A stretch of DNA of 64,000 bases from the NCBI RefSeq assembly GCF_009914755.1, contig NC_060936.1. One strand, written 5' to 3'. Below the pieces are notes generated by a model. The model did no database searches. It was not told the origin of the DNA and worked only from the letters and a program-made list of their open reading frames with translations. Position 1 is the first letter of the stretch. Every line of letters begins with the position of its first letter. Shown in pieces: positions 45,311 through 61,690 of the stretch. Source of the DNA: the human T2T-CHM13v2.0 reference genome, Homo sapiens. Both the position numbers and the translations under genes were made by a program.

Positions 45311-46199
45311 AGGATGGCTGTTATTCCATACAGCTTCTTAGAAGGAAAAATAGGTGTTTGAAACAGCATTGAGATTCTCTTTAGCTTACCAACATGGGGA
45401 GTTTGGATTGTGTTTGATGACAAGAACGAGCCTATTGCTATGTTTAATTTAAGAACAATATTTGCAATGAGGCCTCACCCTCCGGAGGCTGTCATTAAGT
45501 TGTAAAGAAAGAGGGAAATGCCTTATAACTTGAGGTTCTATTTCCCACCTTTTTCCTTTGCTAATAAGCTCTGCTTATCAAAGCAGGACTAAATGGATAA
45601 TTTAGGACTAAAAGCCAGAAATGTAGGATTGGATACAAGGCTATACGTGGTAAGAAAACTACTATCTCCTTAATAAAATACAATTCAGATCCTCTCTATT
45701 GGTAAAATAAGAAAACTCTCCATATTAGTGAGAAAGCCTGGACCTTAATCTCCTCACTCTGTTTCCCTAATGACTGGTTTCACCTTCTCATTGCCCTGGG
45801 TTTGGGGCAAAGGATGGCTCTTCTGGTTAGATCCAAGTTCATACTCTTTCTCCCTATTGCTAACGTGCATCTGAGACTAGGCTAGTTTAATTAAGTTCTA
45901 GGCAGTTTAAATTTCTAGGAAATTAAAAATATAGCGTGTAACTATGTAAATATGACACAAAACATTTATCTCATCTTAGTTTGGGGAAACTTACAGGCAT
46001 ATTTCTTGACTAATTATCAATATGTCTACACTTAGAAGATACTTTATTTTATGATGACTCTCAAGGATATCTAGAAATTTTAAAATTGATACACTGGAAA
46101 TTTACTCTCGGAAATATTAAGGCATTTCTTATCCCTGGTTTAAGGTCTGTCTTCTGTCCAAATTAGAATCTCAAAAATAGGAACCTCTTTCCAGCTTAA

Positions 46200-46612
46200 T
46201 TCTGAGGCCATTCCATTCATCACACTCCAAGCAAACTTTTCTGAAACACACCAAGCATTCTATCACCATAAGAACTTTATCCTTACTATTTCCTCAACCC
46301 AGACCTTTTTGTTAGAAAAGTTGTCTTTGTGACTAACTCTACTTCAAAATATCATTGATCAACTTTTGCATAATCTAATCAAGAAAACCTCCCCTGAGAA
46401 AACCTCTCCTTCTGTAAATGAACATTCCCTTTTACTTGTTCTTGCGTCCCTTCCTCCGCTATTCTTTGCTTCATATCACTTTCTCCATATTGTTGATTGG
46501 TTGATTAATTATTTGTCTTCTCCACTAAAATGTATTTCTCCACAAGACAGAGACTCATTTGTATTCTCAAACTAGAGTCTGGTACACAATATATCTTTAA
46601 TACATATTTGTA
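46200..46612 (+). mobile_element. L2 3' end
   Basis: TTTGTCTTCTCCACTAAAATGTA..GACAGAGAC..TCTGGTACACAA..AATACATATTTGT. Confidence 0.55.
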
Positions 46613-46706
46613 AAAGGTAGGAGTAATCCAAAGTTGAGATACAGGCTGTCATTAGAAAAATGGTAATTTTACAATGATACTAAAGACTGAGAAGTAGCAG
46701 GTTAGG

Positions 46707-47116
46707 TGTATTAATCAGAGTTCTCCAGAGAAACGGAATCAATGTTATGCATGTGTGTGTGCATGTGGATGTGTATTGGCTCACATGATTGTAGAGGCTT
46801 GGAAAGTCTAAAATCTCATGGGGTTGGGTGGCAGGCTGAAGATTCAGGGAATAGTTGCAGTTCCAGTTCAAAGGCGGTCTGCTGGAAGAATTCCTTCTTA
46901 CTTGGGGAAGGTCAGTCTTTGTTCTATTAAGGGCTTCAGGTGACTGGATGGGACCTCACCCACATCATGGAGGGTAATCTGTTTTACTCAAAGTCCACTG
47001 AATGAAATGTTAATCTCAGCCAAAACACACTTTAATAGGAATGTTCAGAATAATGTTTGACCAAATATCTGGGCATGGTGGCCCAGACAAGTTGTCATGT
47101 AAGATTTACCACCTCA
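46707..47116 (-). mobile_element. MLT2D solo LTR
   Basis: TGTATTAATCAGAGTTCTCCAGAGAAAC...GAATAATGTTTGACCAAATATCTGGGC. TSD TTAGG/GTAGG. Confidence 0.85.
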
Positions 47117-47219
47117 GTAGGCTTGAGGCAATAGCCATGATTATAGCTGAGGCAGATCCAAGAATATGAAATCAAATTAGCTTTTAACACAGGCTTGGCA
47201 AAGCAAAAGTAGTAGGCAA

Positions 47220-48115
47220 ATGTAGTCTTCATAAGCTAAGCTGTAATAACAAAGGTACTCTTAAAATATAGTGACTGAAATAAAATGAGAGTGTGTCACT
47301 CTTTCCCATAACATTTCAGAAAGGGTAAGCAGATTCTGCTCTAAAAGTTCATTCAGGAACCTAAGCTGGCAGGTTGAGTTTGGCACTACTCAAGCTCTGT
47401 TGCAATATGCAGTTTCTATTTCTGTACTTAAGGTTGCTTCTCTGATTCTACTCATCACAATGTGATGTGGTTTGGCTCTGTGACCCCACCTAAATCTCAT
47501 CTTGAATTATAATCCTCATGGAGGGAGGTGATTGGATCACGGGGGTGGTTTTCCTCATGCTGTTTTCATGATGTGAGTGAGTTCTCGTGAGATCTGATGG
47601 CTTTATAACTGTTTGACAGTTCCTCCTTCACATGCTGTCTCTCCTTCCACCTTGCGATGAAGGTATTTGCCTCTCCACCTTCTGCCATGATTGTAAGTTT
47701 CCTGAGGCCTCCCCAGCCACTAGGAACTGTGAGTTAATTAAACCTCCTTTGTTTATGAATTACCCAGTCTCAAGTAGTATCTTTATAGCAGTGTGATGGC
47801 AGATTAATACACAATAATAAAAGGAAGTTCACTAATGTCATGTTAATTTTTCCAGCCCACAGGAAGGGAGTAGAAGAAAATCTAGGACAGTAAGCTTTAT
47901 CTTTAAAATAAATGACCTGGAAATTGAATGCATCACTTCCTTTCATATCCTTTTTTCCTGAACTTAGTCACTTGACACCTAGCTTGATGGGAGTCTGGGA
48001 AATATAGTCTCTAGATGAGTAGATATATGCTCACCTAACACTAAGTGGGGACAAATAATTACTAAGAGGATGAGTGGGAGGAAAATGCATCCTGAAGGAT
48101 GGTTGGCAGTTTCCA
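47220..48115 (-). mobile_element. Old MLT1 (J/K/L-like) LTR interrupted by THE1D
   Basis: GCTAAGCTGTAATAACAAA..TCATTCAGGAACCTAAGCT..GAACTTAGTCAC..GTCTGGGAAATATAGTC. Confidence 0.55.
47463..47811 (+). mobile_element. THE1D solo LTR
   Basis: TGATGTGGTTTGGCTCTGTG...GATTAATACA. TSD CAATG/CAATA. Confidence 0.92.
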
Positions 48116-48542
48116 CTTTCTGTTCCTTTTGGTCATAAAGCTGTCTTGCTCACTCTTTTCCCATGAAATCACGCTCACCAAGGGAGAGAAGTACATGATA
48201 AATGCAAAAACAACTTTCCATTTGAGAAACGGAAAAATGGAAGACATGACAGTTACAAGGTGTTATCAATGATGAAATCCTTCAGAACAAGAATTACAAA
48301 AATCCACTTTTACAGTGAAATAAATTTCTTTATCAGGCACTAGTTTTGGTTTTCGGAAAGAGATGATTTTGACCATTGTTTTCTGTGACTTCTGATTCAG
48401 TCCTTTAGGAAGTTCTTCCTCATTCTGTGGCCATATTGGGCATTACAGAACTCTCCAGCTTTTGCAGCCCACTTCTTGCTGGTAGAGGCCTAAAAGTTCA
48501 AGAATAAATTTAAAGCTCAATCACATGGTTTGGAAATATTGA

Positions 48543-48910
<368 letters not shown>

Positions 48911-49086
48911 CAATAAACTTTTTTAAAAAACATACTTGCCTTCATATGAATTTAGTTCCGATAATTTTCATGTGCCACTAACCTTACTGCAGTTAATATT
49001 TGGACATAATTATCTAAGCCTGTATTAAATACTGAATTCTGTTCTAGGATCCTTTTCTTTCTTCCTTGCTTTAATGGTTAAAGATC

Positions 49087-49321
49087 TGTGGGCTCCCACG
49101 CGTCTTCAGCAGGGAGAAACCAGCCTGGAAGGGTGGAGGGGAGTGTGGAACTGAACCTCCGTGGGAGTCTTGAGTTTTCTAGGCCCTCTCTCCGTGAAGG
49201 AGGCAATGCCTGTGGGGTCGCCATTGCCGTGACAGTCTCACACACGCAGGCATGTGGCTCTCGTTCATTTCCACGTGGAAGACCAGAGCAAGACCCCAGA
49301 TAAAAGATACATCCCCGGCCT
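49087..49321 (-). repeat. Orphan fragment of the D4Z4 macrosatellite unit (non-coding region upstream of the DUX4 ORF)
   Basis: Reverse complement GGTCTTCCACGTGGAAATGAACGAGAGCCACATGCCTGCGTGTG..CACAGGCATTGCCTCCTTCACGGAGAGAGGGCCT..CTCAAGACTCCCACGGAGGTTCAGTTCCACACTCCCCTCCACCC..CAGGCTGGTTTCTCCCTGCTG..GACGCGTGGGAGCCC matches the D4Z4 sequence as I recall it. GC-rich, with 10 CpGs in 235 bp amid CpG-poor flanks. Confidence 0.85.
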
Positions 49322-49539
49322 GATCTTTACCAGTAGGCTAGCTCCCATTTCTCTGCTTGAGAAGTCATCAAGAGAGATGCTGACAAATGTCTGGAGCATT
49401 ATTTTCTACTGTGTGAGTTACGTAAGCAGATGACTTTCCTAAACCTGCCTACTATTACTGGACTGTCCAACTGAGGCTAAAGACAGATAAAAGTCTTCCT
49501 TATAGAATTCTAGTCTGTTCAATTTCTGGTATGCAAATT

Positions 49540-50040
49540 TGTCAGTTTTTGGCTGGGCGCTTTCTTACAACACCTTGCCAAATGCATTAAGGAAAATTCA
49601 AAACACTGCAACTTTCTGTTTTTATCTTTAAGCCTCAGAGTTACACGTGATCTACTTTCTTAGTTATTGCAGGTGACAGTTGAAAATATTTGGACATGAC
49701 ATCACAAGGCTCATAGCTTTCAAGTCTGCAATATCTGTTTTCTTACTGTCCCCTGAGCCAATGCCTTATATTTTAGGTTGTTTATAATGGAAGTGTATTT
49801 TCATTTCCTACTTTGGTATTAGTTATTGGGTAGGCTAAATATTGTAGCAACATGACTCCAAAATACTATGGCTTAAATAAATCAGATATTTTATCTCTCT
49901 AAAAATAGTCCACAATGGGTGGATGGGATCTGGTTTAGAAGGTCATCTAGGAACCTGGTTTTTCAGGATGACTCTCTATCCTCAACATTTGATTTTCATC
50001 TCTCATTTTAAGCTCTAGTGTTTCTTGTTTGCTTGGATAA
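49540..50040 (-). mobile_element. MLT1-int end plus MLT1 (J/K-like) LTR fragment
   Basis: AGCCAATGCCTTATATTTTAGGT then GTATTAGTTA..TATGGCTTAAATAA..GTCATCTAGGAACC. Confidence 0.5.
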
Positions 50041-50808
50041 GGTAATTCCCTAGAAGCTCTTCTGAATTCAACCATCCTTTAATCATTCAACAGTCCTTTA
50101 ATATGCGCTGAGACTACACAAATTGATCAGAGTATAAACAGCACCTTTCTTTCAAGAGTTGACATTTCACTGAAGAAACACATCAGATTAAAAACCCATA
50201 TCTTGAAAACTTAAAAACAGTTTTTCCCCAAAATAATCTTTTTCTTTCCCTTCAACATGACCAAGCACCTATTTCCTTTCTTTGTGCAATTGCCTCTCTA
50301 TGTATCCTACAACCTACAAAAAATTATCAACTGAGTTAATGTGAACCTGCAAGTTACAGTTCTTTCGCTACTTTTACTTACTAATTTCCTTGTTTCATAT
50401 GAGCTATTCTGATGCCCTTTTCCAAAGAAAATGCTCCAAGTTGTTGTGGGATTCAGTGTGAAGACAGGAGCTCTGTCAGCGATGACACATGACAAAGGAA
50501 GCAAGCAATTTCTACTGAAAACCAAATCATGATTGAGTTTGTTTTCTGTGGCTCCCTCTTTCCCCATGGGACCAATATATCACTTAGAAAATAGTGTAAA
50601 AATTACATTCAAATTACTTTAGAGCCACAAACACACCAGAGCAGCATTTATCCTATCACATAGACTATTTTCAGTTCCTTCTAATTTTCCGTTGACCAGA
50701 ATTTTCATTCTCCATCACCTTGCAAAGGAACAAATTGCTTCCTGGTATACATTTTATAGAATCTGTGATTACTGTTTATTACATGTTCTATATAATGTGA
50801 AAACTAAA

Positions 50809-50811
<3 letters not shown>

Positions 50812-50839
<28 letters not shown>
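50812..50839. repeat. (GT)n microsatellite
   Basis: Seen directly. Confidence 0.95.
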
Positions 50840-50842
<3 letters not shown>

Positions 50843-50876
50843 CCTGAGAAGGTTCACAAATGCATAGAAAGTTTGT

Positions 50877-54016
<3,140 letters not shown>

Positions 54017-54529
54017 ACTATAAATATTAGCATTTGAATACCCTTTTGTTCTATTTAAAATTTTAATTATGTACCTGCTTTATAATTGTCTAAAATAAAT
54101 TTAAAATAAATAAAAATAAGGTTACAATAAAATTTGTAAACAAAAACATGTGTATTTTGTTTAACAAATGAGTCTCTGTATAGAAATGTATAATAAGTAA
54201 ACAACTACAATATGATAAACTACTTTAGTTCACACTATAGCATCAGATTTCCATGTTGATGCTACAACACAGCAATTTACAAGACTTACAAATTTTGATA
54301 AAATAGAGCTCTTCCATGTTATTTTTATGAGAAATAGCAAATAACTAGGTGTTTGGCTTATCTATCTGTCATTGTACAGAAAATAAATAGTATAGGGTTT
54401 CAAGATTTGAGAAGTATGTCAGCTTTTATGAAGTAATTGTAAGTCCATAAATTGATGTGGAATAACCAATATGTTCTAAGCATGGTAGTAGCTGCAGGGT
54501 ATATACAAATAAGTTGGCATTGGAAGCAT

Positions 54530-55015
54530 ATTTGAAAAGGAAGACATTTAGGTGTGTGTTCCTAACAGACCTCCTTTGGGGAGGTGTTCAGCAGACAGTT
54601 AGGAATTTAGCATATGGACCTCTGGAGACTGGAGTTATGCTTGTATGTAGAGGAAATAAAGTCATGGAATTAGGTGAGTTCTCCTATGGCTAGAATGTAG
54701 AACTGTAATTATTCAACATGTTTTTAACACTCTATTATGTGACAGTAAGTGAAATAAGTGGTAAGGATACAGAGGTAACAAAAGCAGATATGTTCTTGCC
54801 CAAGGGGAACTTATACTAGGCTAACAGCAGTAGTCAAAGAATTATACCAATATTTAGATATATCAACTGTGATAAGTTTCATCTAATACATTTGGAGGCT
54901 GTGCAGCAGTGTTAAACACTGTTGGAGGTTGATGGGAAGTTAAAGGGGGCTTCCTTGAGGAAGCAGCCTTTACACAAAGACTTGTAGGATGGGAGGGATT
55001 AACCAGGCAAAGTGT
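54530..55015 (-). mobile_element. L2 fragments
   Basis: TATTCAACATGTTTTTAACAC..TATGTG..GGATACAGAGGTAACAAAAGCAGA..GGCTTCCTTGAGGAAG. Confidence 0.55.
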
Positions 55016-55169
55016 AGTTCCTCATTAACCATATGAAAATATTACGAAGTTTTTTCTCTATTTATACATTTGTTAAATATTTATTTAGTTTTTTAAATTT
55101 TATTTTTATCAGAGTTTTACAGTAGAAAAAGTAAAATACCACTGAAAGACATGCATTGATTCAATTTTT

Positions 55170-55640
55170 AACATTGTGGGTGCTTGAGTAAAAGTTTGGG
55201 CAGACAAGAGGCAAATCAAAAAGCTTAGTAGGAAAATCTAGGGAAATGAGATGTCTATAGGGGCTTTGAAAACCTCAGACATGTCCCTAGGATTCTAGAG
55301 GGTGGTGCATATGTGAACAGCTGTGTGCATGTTGAGGGTTATGTGTATGGTCAGCAAAGAACTGGGGCCCTGTTATTTAATTTCTGGGTAATCTTGCAGT
55401 TGCACCTTAAGAAGGAAATGAAGGCTAAGGCAGAGTTATAAACCGAAGGGCTTTAGGGTCAAAAATGTGCCTCAAGATGCACCCAGATTCCTTTGGCAAG
55501 GACTGGGAAACTTATTGTTTCCAGGCATTTAAGGAAAACTCTGACCAATTATTATCTGACCACTAAGCTATATAAGCAGAGACTTCAGTAACTGCATATG
55601 ACAAAGGATACAAACTTACAAGAAATCATTAAACCAAGAA
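55170..55640 (+). mobile_element. Old L1M 5'-region fragment
   Basis: AAAAGCTTAGTAGGAAAATCTAGGGAAATGAGATGTC..GAAGGCTAAGGCAGAGTT..CCAGGCATTTAAGGAAA..CAGAGACTTCAGT. Confidence 0.55.
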
Positions 55641-58009
55641 AGAAGTTATTTTGTTGTTGCTTTGCTTTTTTTCCTATGTAGTGCATTTTGTCAAATTTAT
55701 CTAATTTCCTCTGTGTTTTCTGTGCTATTTCACATTGAAGGCTTTCTTCAAATGTCCTATGACCTTAGCTATCCATTTATATTTAAGATTAAGACACTGA
55801 AAAGCTGATTGTAAGCTGCGTGTGTGGGTGAGCAAGGCTTGCTGACTGGTTGGAAGGAGAATGCCCAACATTCAGAGAGGATAGAAAACTAGACAGCTGC
55901 GAGACTTTTTGCTAAGACCAGAAGAGAAGGGATCCTGGGAGAAAATGATCCGGAATGGAAAATGCAGCAGGGAGTAAAATGAGAGAATCGAGAAAAGGTC
56001 ATTGGATTTGACAAAGAATAGCCTATAGATGGCTGTTGAGAAAGAAATTTCAATAGAATGATAAGGATGTGAACAGAATGCCAGAGAATCAGTGAGGGAA
56101 ACTGTGGGTAAAGGCAGTTTTTCAGCAGATATGATTTTAAAAGGAGAGAATGGGGATGGATCTTAGTTTGAAGGAGAGCCAGTTTTGGTGTGTTTGTTTT
56201 AGGCTGTCTCTGTTAAAATTAAGCAAACAAACCCAAATGAAATGAGGCAGTAGTCATTTTTAATTTTTCACTAACCAAAGCTCCTGCCCAGAGATATGCA
56301 CAAAATGAATTTAAAGATTTTAATTTCATCTCTAACATTTTTTTCTAGTTTTTTGATTGATGTACTGATCTGTGAAGTTATCCAGAGACAGACGGCAGGA
56401 AAAAAGAGGAACATTCAAAGGCCTAAGTAATTCAGTTTGGAACATTAGTCCCTGAAAAATGGTATCCATGGTTTAAGAACTTTAAAAAGGAACATGGCTG
56501 TCTTTTCTTAGGAATGAAGTTACCTAAAATAAAGTTATACAATGTTGGGTCTACACATTTGAACGTGGTAAAGATATCTTTACTCCCTCCCTCCCTCTTC
56601 TCTCCTTTCTTCCTTTCTTTTTTTCTGTTCTTCCTTTCTTATTCTTTCTCTTTCTATATCTATCTAAATATGCACCTAAATGGTGTGTGTCAGTAAATAA
56701 ATGCATATATACATACATCCACATACCTATACCTATTATATATATACACACATATATGTATATGTGTGTGCATGTATCTATATATGCCCATATATAGATA
56801 TACAGATACGTGAAAGGAGGGGACAGACTTTTGTGACAATCATATTTTTAAATTTGTATCCAACTGAAGACTGACAGAATAATAGTAGAAAAGTAAAAGA
56901 AGACATACAGAAAAGTATTCTACTGAATATGTCTGCTGAAGATACCATAAAAGTGTCAATCATCCTAATGTTGCAGTTTTGCTTTTTTTTATCATTACTT
57001 TATATTGGAATGCCTATTTGAAATCTAGGATCAGAATAAAAATGGAAAATTATGAACATTTATCTGAGAGAATGCAAACTTGGTGTCACCCCTTTTTGGT
57101 GAATAGAGAAATGATTAGGCTATTTCAGGCTAATTTGTGGTTTCATAAGAGCACTTAGGGCAGTGTGGAACACAATAAATTTGACATTTATTTTACTCTC
57201 TCTAGATGGTATTTCTAGACTTATATTAAGATATAGTAGTGACCTAGTATAATACATCAGCAATAATTTATTTGCTGTCAAATCAACATCTTTGTGGAGT
57301 GTTTCATTATTTATTTTGTCAAAGAAGACCTGAAAGTTGTAAAATCTTAGAAAGTAGGTCTTTTAAGGTCTTTTGTCTTATATGCCTGTTTCCTCCCAAA
57401 TTGTCTAGCACAGGGCAAACTGTTTTGCCCATAAATTTGGGTAACAGAAACCTTTTTAGTGGTGAATGAATGAATGAATGAATAAATGAGTAAATGGAAA
57501 CATTTTCTAATAAAGTCCCCAAGATAATATATATATATATACAATACACTTTAAAATCTTAAAAAATAAAGCTAATAATCAAACTTCCATAACTTCTTAC
57601 ATCGACTTTATTTTTGTCTCTTTAATTCACTGATTGATAGATGATGTTATAAATTTACTAAATATTATTATACTGAGGGGCTAACTCACGAAACAACAAG
57701 TTATTAAAAACATTCATTTTCATTTCTGCCCACCTATTTTCTTTGAAATAGTCATACAAGAGACAAAGCTTTACCTGTCACCTTATCACCTGGGCGATTC
57801 TCAGAGTTCTCAAGAAAAACCTGCAATAGGTTTGGTCTCTGTATTCTAAAGGTACTTACTCCATTCAAATTTTTGAAATAGTTACTAGTTTTTCCTCAAT
57901 TTACTACAAAGCTACATAAGAACAAGAAAACACCTGGTTAATTTGACATCCTTTACAGCACTTTGCATTGTTCAAAATATTTACCCACTCATGTAGTCCA
58001 TTCACTTGA

Positions 58010-58330
<321 letters not shown>

Positions 58331-59751
58331 CTACAATATCCTACTTTTTTCAGGAAGGCTGTAAAGTAATAGGCTCCATAATACAGGCTCTTGAACTGGA
58401 AGTTTTGATACCTTACCCAGCTTGATCTCAAGACCTTCTCACCATAAAATGCAGCACAGAAGCTTCATTTTAAATAGGTCCTAAACCTTCACTTTGAGGA
58501 GTTTTTGCAAAATGTCATTCCTCCGCTTGAGATAACTGGGGATACCCTGGGGTGCCCACAAAACTAGGGTTGACATTGGCTCATGTAGGACATTTCTTTT
58601 CTAGGTTTTAGGGTTATTTTATTTTATTTTTATGGAGAAAGAGCTAGATTTGGGCAGTTATTTTCCATAGGGGTGCCACTGGAAGTTTTGTTGGAACAAT
58701 TCATCATTTTGCTAGACAGCTTAAAATGCCCCTACTCACTTTCAAATGCTCCTAATGGATTGAGTTTCCTAAGGGTGGAAACTACTCAGCTAGTTTGTCT
58801 GATTATGGGGTAATTTTGACAATGAAATGGGGATTGATGGTTTGGATATGTTTGACTGAACTACATTTTAAACAGTTGGTGAGGATTCTGGTGTTGCTTC
58901 AAATTCTCTGTTCAACTTTTGAGGTTTAAAAACGCCTTAAGGGTAAAGAGCTATAAAAGTCATAACAAAATTTTAACATATTAAAGTTATTGCTATTACA
59001 ACTTTATTTCTTTCTCACAATATCAGTGTACGGTAGGGGGTTGCAAACCTGAGTCTAGGTACTGGTTTCATAGGAGTTATACTCATTTAATTGATAGAAA
59101 TAAATACTTTAATAATATTCAAATCCAGAGAGTATATCAGGAGAAATTCACATAACATTTTAGAGCACTTGAATGATTCTTAGAAAATGTTGAGGAACAT
59201 TCAAGGTGGCCCCAAGATGTCTGATATTAAGTAAAATAGATATACATACATCTTTAAAATTATGATTTTTTTTCTTTATAAGCCTATTTTGGATTACAAT
59301 TTTTTTTTATTAATCCAATGTACCTGTCTGAGTACTTGCATATTATGGGCTTTCTTTTCATCTGAAGTTTTCCATTTTATTTTTCCCTCAGTGAAAATGA
59401 GTCACTGTTTTCCTCGTCTTTTACCTCCTTTATCTGTGCCTGTAGACTGTGAGAGCCTGAGTTGCCTTTTCTTTCTCTCCTATGAGGACATCACAGTCAA
59501 TAAATTTAATGTGAACATTTGATGCATTAATAATTCAAATATGGAATCTAAGGAATGAGATGGTGGAAAGAAATAAATAGTGTAACTGAAGCATATGGGA
59601 CGTTAATGGAGCTGCAGGAGCTACCGTCTAGTTAAAGAAGAGAGCAACCCATGCTGAAAGTGTTGTTTTCCTGATAGGAATGGAAGTTTTGCAAGGACAG
59701 AGACTGTGTCCTGTAGAATATAAAGAGGAAAGTGAAGCTAATGTTTGATAA

Positions 59752-60064
<313 letters not shown>

Positions 60065-61199
60065 GATAAATACTCTTTGATTTGATAATTAGCATATTTG
60101 CTATGAAGATAAAAGTAGCTTGAAAAAGTAATTAAAAAGTAAAGAGCCATCAAAAATTTAAAAATAATTATAAAATAGAAACTAGCATAAGTGTTTTACA
60201 TTTATCTTGACTGGCATTTTAAACAATATGTAGACCAAAAAAGAAAGTAGAGCTTCCAACTGTGTTGGAACAAATTTGATTCACATTTCTCCTTTAGTGA
60301 AGTACAAAATATATAAACTAATATGGGTAGGCTTTCTTGGATGTAAGCCCTCTTTTACTACATTATGTGTAATGTTTTTGCACCTGTTTTTAACTGCAAT
60401 TTTAGCAACAAGGGGTCTAGGGAAGCACTGCTTCATACTTGGCCAACAGCCAAGCCAATAAACAAAAATGTCATTAATCACTGTCACTTGTCAATTCTCC
60501 ATTTAAGAAATTGTCTTTTCTTTTTTTCATTGTTGCTACTAAAAACACAAAGGAGATTGATAAATTTTGTTTTGGAGAACTGAGGCTAAGTTTTCAAAAG
60601 AAAAATTTTTTTTTCAGAGGGCAAATGTGGTATTTAAAGGTAGATTACAGCTGCAACTGAGAGTATATCTATGAGTGCAAAACCATGCAGTAATGCATGG
60701 CCAGTCATCCAAGTGATTGTGCTGAATGGAATTCACATTTAAACAGGGTGTTACTCCGCAGGCCATTTTTTTCTAGATGGTGGTTGAAAGGTCAGATGTG
60801 GTGTAGGACAGTCCTGTATGTGTCCTCCCTTCCCGTTCCACACACACTCAATGCAAATGGAACACGGGCCAAGAGCAGAATGTTCATAAGATCTTCACAG
60901 TCCCTACCAGAGGTTAGAGCAAAGGCCCTGCCTTTCCCTAAACAGACTAGACAAATTAGCATATGGAAATCTCTTAATTTTATTTAGAAAACAAAGCAAA
61001 GATCAAGCAAGGAACATTTTCTCCACATTGTCATCTTGTTAATCTGAGAGAAACTGGGTGACTTCAGAAGATAATTAAAAATATTTGTCTATCCCACATA
61101 TCTTTGTGTAGGATTCAAATAACCTCAAAATTGTTCTGAGCTGTGGTCCAATAATGATGAAAGTTAATGAAAATTGGAATGGAAATAAGCATACAACGT

Positions 61200-61347
61200 G
61201 CAGGCAGTATAATGAAGTGGCTGAGACCGTGGACACTAAAATCAAACCTGTTTGAGTTTGAATCTTGCTCTACCACATGAGAGCTTTGTCACCTTGGACA
61301 AGTTATTAAATCTCTGTGTCTTATCTGTTCCATAATCTCTACCTTGC

Positions 61348-61387
<40 letters not shown>

Positions 61388-61690
61388 TCTCATATAGTAC
61401 AATGTCTGGTCAATAGCTAATATTCTAATAATGGTACATACATAAATACTATACACACACATACACACACACAAACACATACACATTCACACACAGAATC
61501 TCTTTAAGTATAGGGACCACAAGATTGGGATTCAAAATTTTATTCTTCCCTTTATTAGGCTCTATTAGTATCAGTTTTTGCAACTGTAAAATGATGATGC
61601 TGACACAACACAATTTAGGAACTTTTGTAATAATTAAGTTAAATAATTTACACGACAGAACTCAGCATAGTACCTGGCCCACAGATTTTG
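61200..61690 (+). mobile_element. MIR fragments flanking (CA)n microsatellites (61349-61381, 61455-61495)
   Basis: GTTTGAATCTTGCTCTACCAC..CACCTTGGACAAGTTATTAAATCTCTGTG; CTGTAAAATG..CAGCATAGTACCTGGC. CA repeats seen directly. Confidence 0.7.

Noticed and set aside
47529-47539. DUX-like motif TGATTGGATCA in THE1D near the D4Z4 fragment
   Set aside because: The same motif occurs in the other THE1D (18350-18360) and is a family feature; proximity to the D4Z4 piece is most simply chance.
49088-49303. 71-aa ORF over the GC-rich island
   Set aside because: Non-ATG start, antisense to a non-coding part of D4Z4; no DUX homeodomain, so not a DUX4-like gene. Too short to be a CpG-island promoter.
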